The notes under the pieces: model-generated
Told to the model about the DNA's origin: nothing
The model's input: the letters and a program-made list of their open reading frames with translations, nothing else
Database searches by the model: none
Program-made: the position numbers and the translations under genes
NCBI GenBank assembly: GCA_030603445.1
Contig: JAUVXU010000004.1
Location: 42,656 to 106,655 of the forward strand
Source of the DNA: Methanomicrobia archaeon
GTDB taxonomy: Archaea > Methanobacteriota_B > Thermococci > Methanofastidiosales > NM3
Direction: 5' to 3'
Length of the DNA stretch: 64,000 nt
Shown here: positions 60,640 to 64,000 of the stretch, one piece after another
Numbering within the stretch: position 1 is the stretch's first letter
Layout of the letters: each line of letters begins with the position of its first letter

Positions 60640-61869
60640 TTATTCATTTTTCATGTTTGGACGCCCTAGTGGCAACCTAATTGTGAATTTTGAACCTTTC
60701 TCAAATTCGCTACTAACATCTATTGTTCCGTTGTGTGCAGCGACTATCTCTTTTACAATAGCTAAGCCAAGGCCTGTTCCCCCTGCATCCCTGACGACCT
60801 TGTTGTCTGCACGGAAAAACTTTGAAAAAAGCTTTTTCTGGTCACTTTCGCTCATGCCAACACCAGTATCCTCCAAAGATATGATTGCGTTATCCCCTTC
60901 TGTATCAAGAATCAGATATATGGAACCTGACTCGGTGTACTTAATAGAATTTGTAAACAGATTCCATAGAACCTGACTTATTCTATCTCCATCGACCCAC
61001 GCCAGTATATCGGGCTTGATGTTCTTGTGAAAGGCAAGCCCTTTCTTCTTGATAAGCAGTTCTGTTCCCTTTGCAGTTGCCTCAACTATTTCTGAAAGTG
61101 ATATATGTGTCAAATTCATAGTAAGCCTTTTTGACTCCATCTTTTGAACATCTAAGAACTCATTTATGAGTGATGCAAGTCTATCGGTGTTTCTCTTGAC
61201 TATTCCTAAAAAATCACGTTGTATATCGTTTATTTCCCCTGTATCCTCATCCAGGATAATATCGATATAACCCTTAATAGACGTCAACGGCGTCCTGAGC
61301 TCATGGGAAACTGTCGAAACAAGATCGGACTTTATCTTGTCCACGCTCTTTAGCTCCTCAAGCATTATATCGATCTTTGCCTTTTCGTTTTTTAGGTCAT
61401 CAAATAATGCCAACAGTTCGTCATTTTTTCTCTTAAGCTCACTTACCATCTCTGCTCTTGATAAACGAATTAACCTTTCCCTCTCCAAGGATATGAATTC
61501 CTCGGTTGGGATGAATTTTACTGGGGGATACTTAAAAGCATTGACATTTAGCATATTTCCATTAGTACTAGATATGAAAATATCATCAAAAAACGCCTCT
61601 GTCCATTTTATATCCGGATCCTCTGTGCGGCCTTTAAACAAAATATCTAGTCCAAAGCCCTTTTCCCTCTCATCAAAGCCAACTGCAACGCTTGCTGCAT
61701 TGCCGTTAGAGTACATTTGGCGGCTTAATTCAGAAGTTGCTGTAGCAAGCTTTGTGGCACCGATTGTGTCAAATCCCACATCCTCTGCCAACATGCGGAC
61801 CTTGTTCCTGGCCTCAACGATAGAAGAAGCCTCTTTGATAGAGATCTCTCCAAGATGCATCTTGTTCAT
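60640..61869 (-). CDS. histidine kinase (N-terminal RsbT/RsbW-like partner-binding domain + coiled coil + HisKA + HATPase_c)
   Basis: H-box 'SHELRTPL'. N box 'NLFTNSIKYT'. G boxes 'DTGVGM' and 'GTGLGLA'. N-terminal ~100 aa resembles the RsbT N-terminal region. Start overlaps the PP2C stop by 4 nt. Confidence 0.75.
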   Translation of the reverse strand: MNKMHLGEISIKEASSIVEARNKVRMLAEDVGFDTIGATKLATATSELSRQMYSNGNAASVAVGFDEREKGFGLDILFKGRTEDPDIKWTEAFFDDIFISSTNGNMLNVNAFKYPPVKFIPTEEFISLERERLIRLSRAEMVSELKRKNDELLALFDDLKNEKAKIDIMLEELKSVDKIKSDLVSTVSHELRTPLTSIKGYIDIILDEDTGEINDIQRDFLGIVKRNTDRLASLINEFLDVQKMESKRLTMNLTHISLSEIVEATAKGTELLIKKKGLAFHKNIKPDILAWVDGDRISQVLWNLFTNSIKYTESGSIYLILDTEGDNAIISLEDTGVGMSESDQKKLFSKFFRADNKVVRDAGGTGLGLAIVKEIVAAHNGTIDVSSEFEKGSKFTIRLPLGRPNMKNE

Positions 61870-62411
61870 CTATATCTCACCGCCATGCAAGCCGCGTCAT
61901 CGCTCTTCTTTCCAAACATGTGAATTATTTTCTTAGCCATGGTCTTGGCGTCGTCTGTTAAAATCTCCGGATAGTCTCCCAGTTCGAAATGCTCCTTTAC
62001 ACCATCCGTATACAGCACGACAACATCTGCGCGAGAAAACGGCCTTTCCATCGCCTTTAATGTTGGAAGAACGTACCCAACAACGCCAGGCAGTGATATA
62101 AACCTCATAGTGTCTGGGCCAAACACCCTTGCAGTTATATTGCCTACTCCAACGTATCTTAGCTCCATTAATTGCAAATCAAGAAGACACAATCCTACAA
62201 CTGCCCCTCTAGAACCTCTTATCTCCTCATGCAATCCCCTCATTATCTTGATAATGTCTTTTTGATGGTTCTCATCCAGATACTCTTTGCATGTGATTGC
62301 GATTTCGTGTGCTTTTTTTCCATGTCCAAGCACATCGACTAGCCCCATGAACACTTTTTTGTCAAACGCCTTGATAACTCCGATGTCTCCACATTCGCTA
62401 TCCTTTATCAA
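61866..62411 (-). CDS. RsbX-like PP2C/SpoIIE-family phosphatase
   Basis: 'CGD', 'VDVLGHG', 'RGAVVG', 'VGVGNI' and 'YTDGV' align with B. subtilis RsbX ('CGD', 'ADGLGSG', 'RGATAS', 'VGNV', 'HTDGL') as recalled. 181 aa. Confidence 0.65.
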   Translation of the reverse strand: MIKDSECGDIGVIKAFDKKVFMGLVDVLGHGKKAHEIAITCKEYLDENHQKDIIKIMRGLHEEIRGSRGAVVGLCLLDLQLMELRYVGVGNITARVFGPDTMRFISLPGVVGYVLPTLKAMERPFSRADVVVLYTDGVKEHFELGDYPEILTDDAKTMAKKIIHMFGKKSDDAACMAVRYR

Positions 62412-62451
62412 GGGCCTTGTGGCAATATAAAAATCAGATGTACCGTTTTTC

Positions 62452-62925
62452 CTACAACCACCGCCTCACTGTAATCTTCGTGCCTTTTGTCCTGGATGGG
62501 TCCATCAAGAATTCGTGCATCAGGCGCTTTATTCCTGGCAGACCAACGCCTAGTCCTTTGGATGTGCTATAATTCTCTTTTAGCGCAAGATTTATGTCTT
62601 TTATTCCTGGGCCGTTGTCCTCTGCAACAACTTCAATACCTTTTTTTCCCCTCTTTATAATAGGCTTTAGGATAAGTTCTCCTTCTCCCGCATAACGGAC
62701 TATATTTGTTCCAAGCTCGGAAACGGCAGTTGATATCATGCACTGCTCATTTGGTTTGAATCCAATGGACTTTGCAATTATCCTTGATTCCATGATCGTT
62801 TTTGAAACATCTACTATGCTTCGTACACTAATCCTCTTCTCCGCTAGCTTCTTCTCCGCTATCAGGCTCGCCCTCCTGCTCCTCTTCAAGATCATCTTCA
62901 GGCAACTCATCAAAATTCTCGACAA
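62452..62925 (-). CDS. RsbT-like GHKL serine kinase (stressosome switch kinase)
   Basis: 'ISTAVSELGTNIVRYAGEGEL...KRGKKGIEVVAEDNGPGIKDI...STSKGLGVGLPGIKRLMHEF' is near-colinear with B. subtilis RsbT as recalled. True start is uncertain: the ORF open from 62925 overlaps the upstream STAS gene by 98 nt, so a later or non-ATG start is possible. Confidence 0.75.
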   Translation of the reverse strand: MSRILMSCLKMILKRSRRASLIAEKKLAEKRISVRSIVDVSKTIMESRIIAKSIGFKPNEQCMISTAVSELGTNIVRYAGEGELILKPIIKRGKKGIEVVAEDNGPGIKDINLALKENYSTSKGLGVGLPGIKRLMHEFLMDPSRTKGTKITVRRWL

Positions 62926-63298
62926 GCTCTGTTGCCGGAGCTACCTTCTGAATGCCGTCTTCAACTGTTGTAGATATGAGGATATCTTCAAAATCGATTC
63001 CTAGGTCTACGATGGATGCTACCACCTCCGGCCTGAACCCCGTAATTACTGTCTTTGCACCTAACAAGGATGCCATCCTTGCAGTGTCAAAAGCAGTTTT
63101 GCACAAAAAAGAGTCCATTACTGTAACACCGGAAAAATCTATTACAACGCCCTTCACATCTGTTGCTTCTATCCTCTTCAAAATCTCCTTTTGGATATGC
63201 AACATTGCCTCATCGTAAAGCTCAATCTGGATAGGAACTATGAGGCATCCGCTTGTGATATGCATTTCCACGTTAAACAGGGTATTTTCATCATCCAT
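62828..63298 (-). CDS. RsbS-like STAS-domain protein with unusual acidic C-terminal tail
   Basis: 'GVVIDFSGVTVMDSFLCK...LLGAKTVITGFRPEVVASIVDLGIDF' matches RsbS, including the phosphorylatable Ser in 'MDSF'. C-terminal 'EDDLEEEQEGEPDSGEEASGEED' tail is not present in RsbS as I recall it. Confidence 0.75.
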   Translation of the reverse strand: MDDENTLFNVEMHITSGCLIVPIQIELYDEAMLHIQKEILKRIEATDVKGVVIDFSGVTVMDSFLCKTAFDTARMASLLGAKTVITGFRPEVVASIVDLGIDFEDILISTTVEDGIQKVAPATELVENFDELPEDDLEEEQEGEPDSGEEASGEED

Positions 63299-63320
63299 GA
63301 AACAATGGCTCCCTTGAATA

Positions 63321-64000
63321 TCACTTGCCTTTTCTTGATATGTCCTTGTCTTCTTTTACAGCAAGCCCCAATTCTTCAAACGAGAGCAGCAAAGCATCCT
63401 TTAAAGTCGTTGCAGTGTTTAACCCGGAAAAATCAATTCCAAGATGCACTATTGTCTGAGCTATCTCTGATGACATGCCGGATAGTATGCAATCTGCACC
63501 TACGAGTTTGGTTGCTTTAGTTATCTTTATTATATGATTTGCCACAGCCGTGTCTACACTTGCTACACCAGATATGTCCAGTATGCACATCTTTGACTCA
63601 GTCTCGGTGATCTTTTTTAAACAGGCTTCCATGACATTTTGTGCACGTACTGAATCTATTATCCCGACAAGAGGCAGCATTATTATGTTTTCCCAAACTG
63701 TTATGACTGGTGTTGACATCTCTGACATTGCCTGTATTTGCGCTGATATGGTATCTTCGTTTCTTTTTACATATTCATCAACTATGCAAAAATTTAATTC
63801 AAAGATCAGCTCGCTCATTGCTACTGCTTCTTTAATTAAAACATCGCGGTCCTGATCTAATAATCCCTCGTCAAGGATAGCGACAATAGCATGTTTTAGC
63901 TCAAAGATGCAAGATGCTGTTTGTGAAGGCGTAAACCCACCCTGAATGTATGAGATTGCTATTTCTTTGACAGCCTCAATGAGTGGCTCATACTCCGGGT
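63321..64000 (-). CDS. RsbR-like stressosome scaffold protein (C-terminal STAS; N-terminal sensor domain runs off the window end)
   Basis: 'EMSTPVITVWENIIMLPLVGIIDSVRAQNVMEACL...ILDISGVASVDTAVANHII...LVGADCILSGMSSEIAQTIVHLGIDFS' is highly similar to the B. subtilis RsbRA C-terminus. The reading frame stays open upstream of M at 63818 to the window edge. Confidence 0.75.
   Translation of the reverse strand, partial: PEYEPLIEAVKEIAISYIQGGFTPSQTASCIFELKHAIVAILDEGLLDQDRDVLIKEAVAMSELIFELNFCIVDEYVKRNEDTISAQIQAMSEMSTPVITVWENIIMLPLVGIIDSVRAQNVMEACLKKITETESKMCILDISGVASVDTAVANHIIKITKATKLVGADCILSGMSSEIAQTIVHLGIDFSGLNTATTLKDALLLSFEELGLAVKEDKDISRKGK

Noticed and set aside
57584-64000. Calling the stressosome/GT2 block a genomic island or integrated mobile element
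   Set aside because: No integrase, transposase, att duplication or phage genes are visible within the window. Only position next to a tRNA and bacterial-like gene content suggest it. Reported as a hypothesis, not a feature.

Overview
This 64 kb window looks like an archaeal chromosome segment with mixed GC content and several AT-rich intergenic stretches. Archaeal hallmarks include Topo VI A/B, Hef helicase-nuclease, aRF1, aIF-1A, archease, Hel308, class V FBP aldolase/phosphatase, Rio1 next to a KH-domain protein, and a tRNA-Val with archaeal-type BRE/TATA upstream. The presence of Topo VI argues against Thermoplasmatales. Gene density is high and most genes sit in short operons with overlapping stop/start codons.

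Housekeeping content: gcvT-gcvH, argS, ileS, eno, tpiA, fbp, purB, pyrE, and a complete threonine operon (aspartate kinase, thrB, thrC, asd, hom) with an adjacent Lrp/AsnC regulator.

Accessory clusters worth a second look:
- 57.7-64.0 kb, minus strand, next to tRNA-Val(CAC): a bacterial-type stressosome module. RsbR (partial, runs off the window), RsbS, RsbT and an RsbX-like PP2C are co-operonic with a histidine kinase (whose N-terminus resembles RsbT), a CheY-like receiver, a HEAT-repeat protein and a processive QxxRW family-2 glycosyltransferase. I read this as a putative stress-gated exopolysaccharide synthase system.
- 52.6-55.8 kb: an archaeosortase/exosortase-like membrane protein, a second QxxRW glycosyltransferase, and an Ig-like repeat surface protein whose C-terminal anchor matches none of the named CTERM sorting signals.
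- 37.6-44.7 kb: a cluster that looks like reductive pyrimidine catabolism. It has two tandem PreA-like dihydropyrimidine dehydrogenase paralogs (with obvious gene-conversion tracts), an FrhB-like flavo/FeS subunit in place of PreT, a class-III aminotransferase, carbamate kinase and a beta-ureidopropionase-like CN-hydrolase.

Other points: an AT-rich ASCH-domain gene flanked by 19-bp direct repeats; a secreted PMP-type beta-helix protein encoded by ~81-bp tandem DNA repeats; a CWB2-like secreted protein; a membrane-anchored wHTH regulator; and tungsten AOR with a polyferredoxin. I found no CRISPR array, integrase or transposase.
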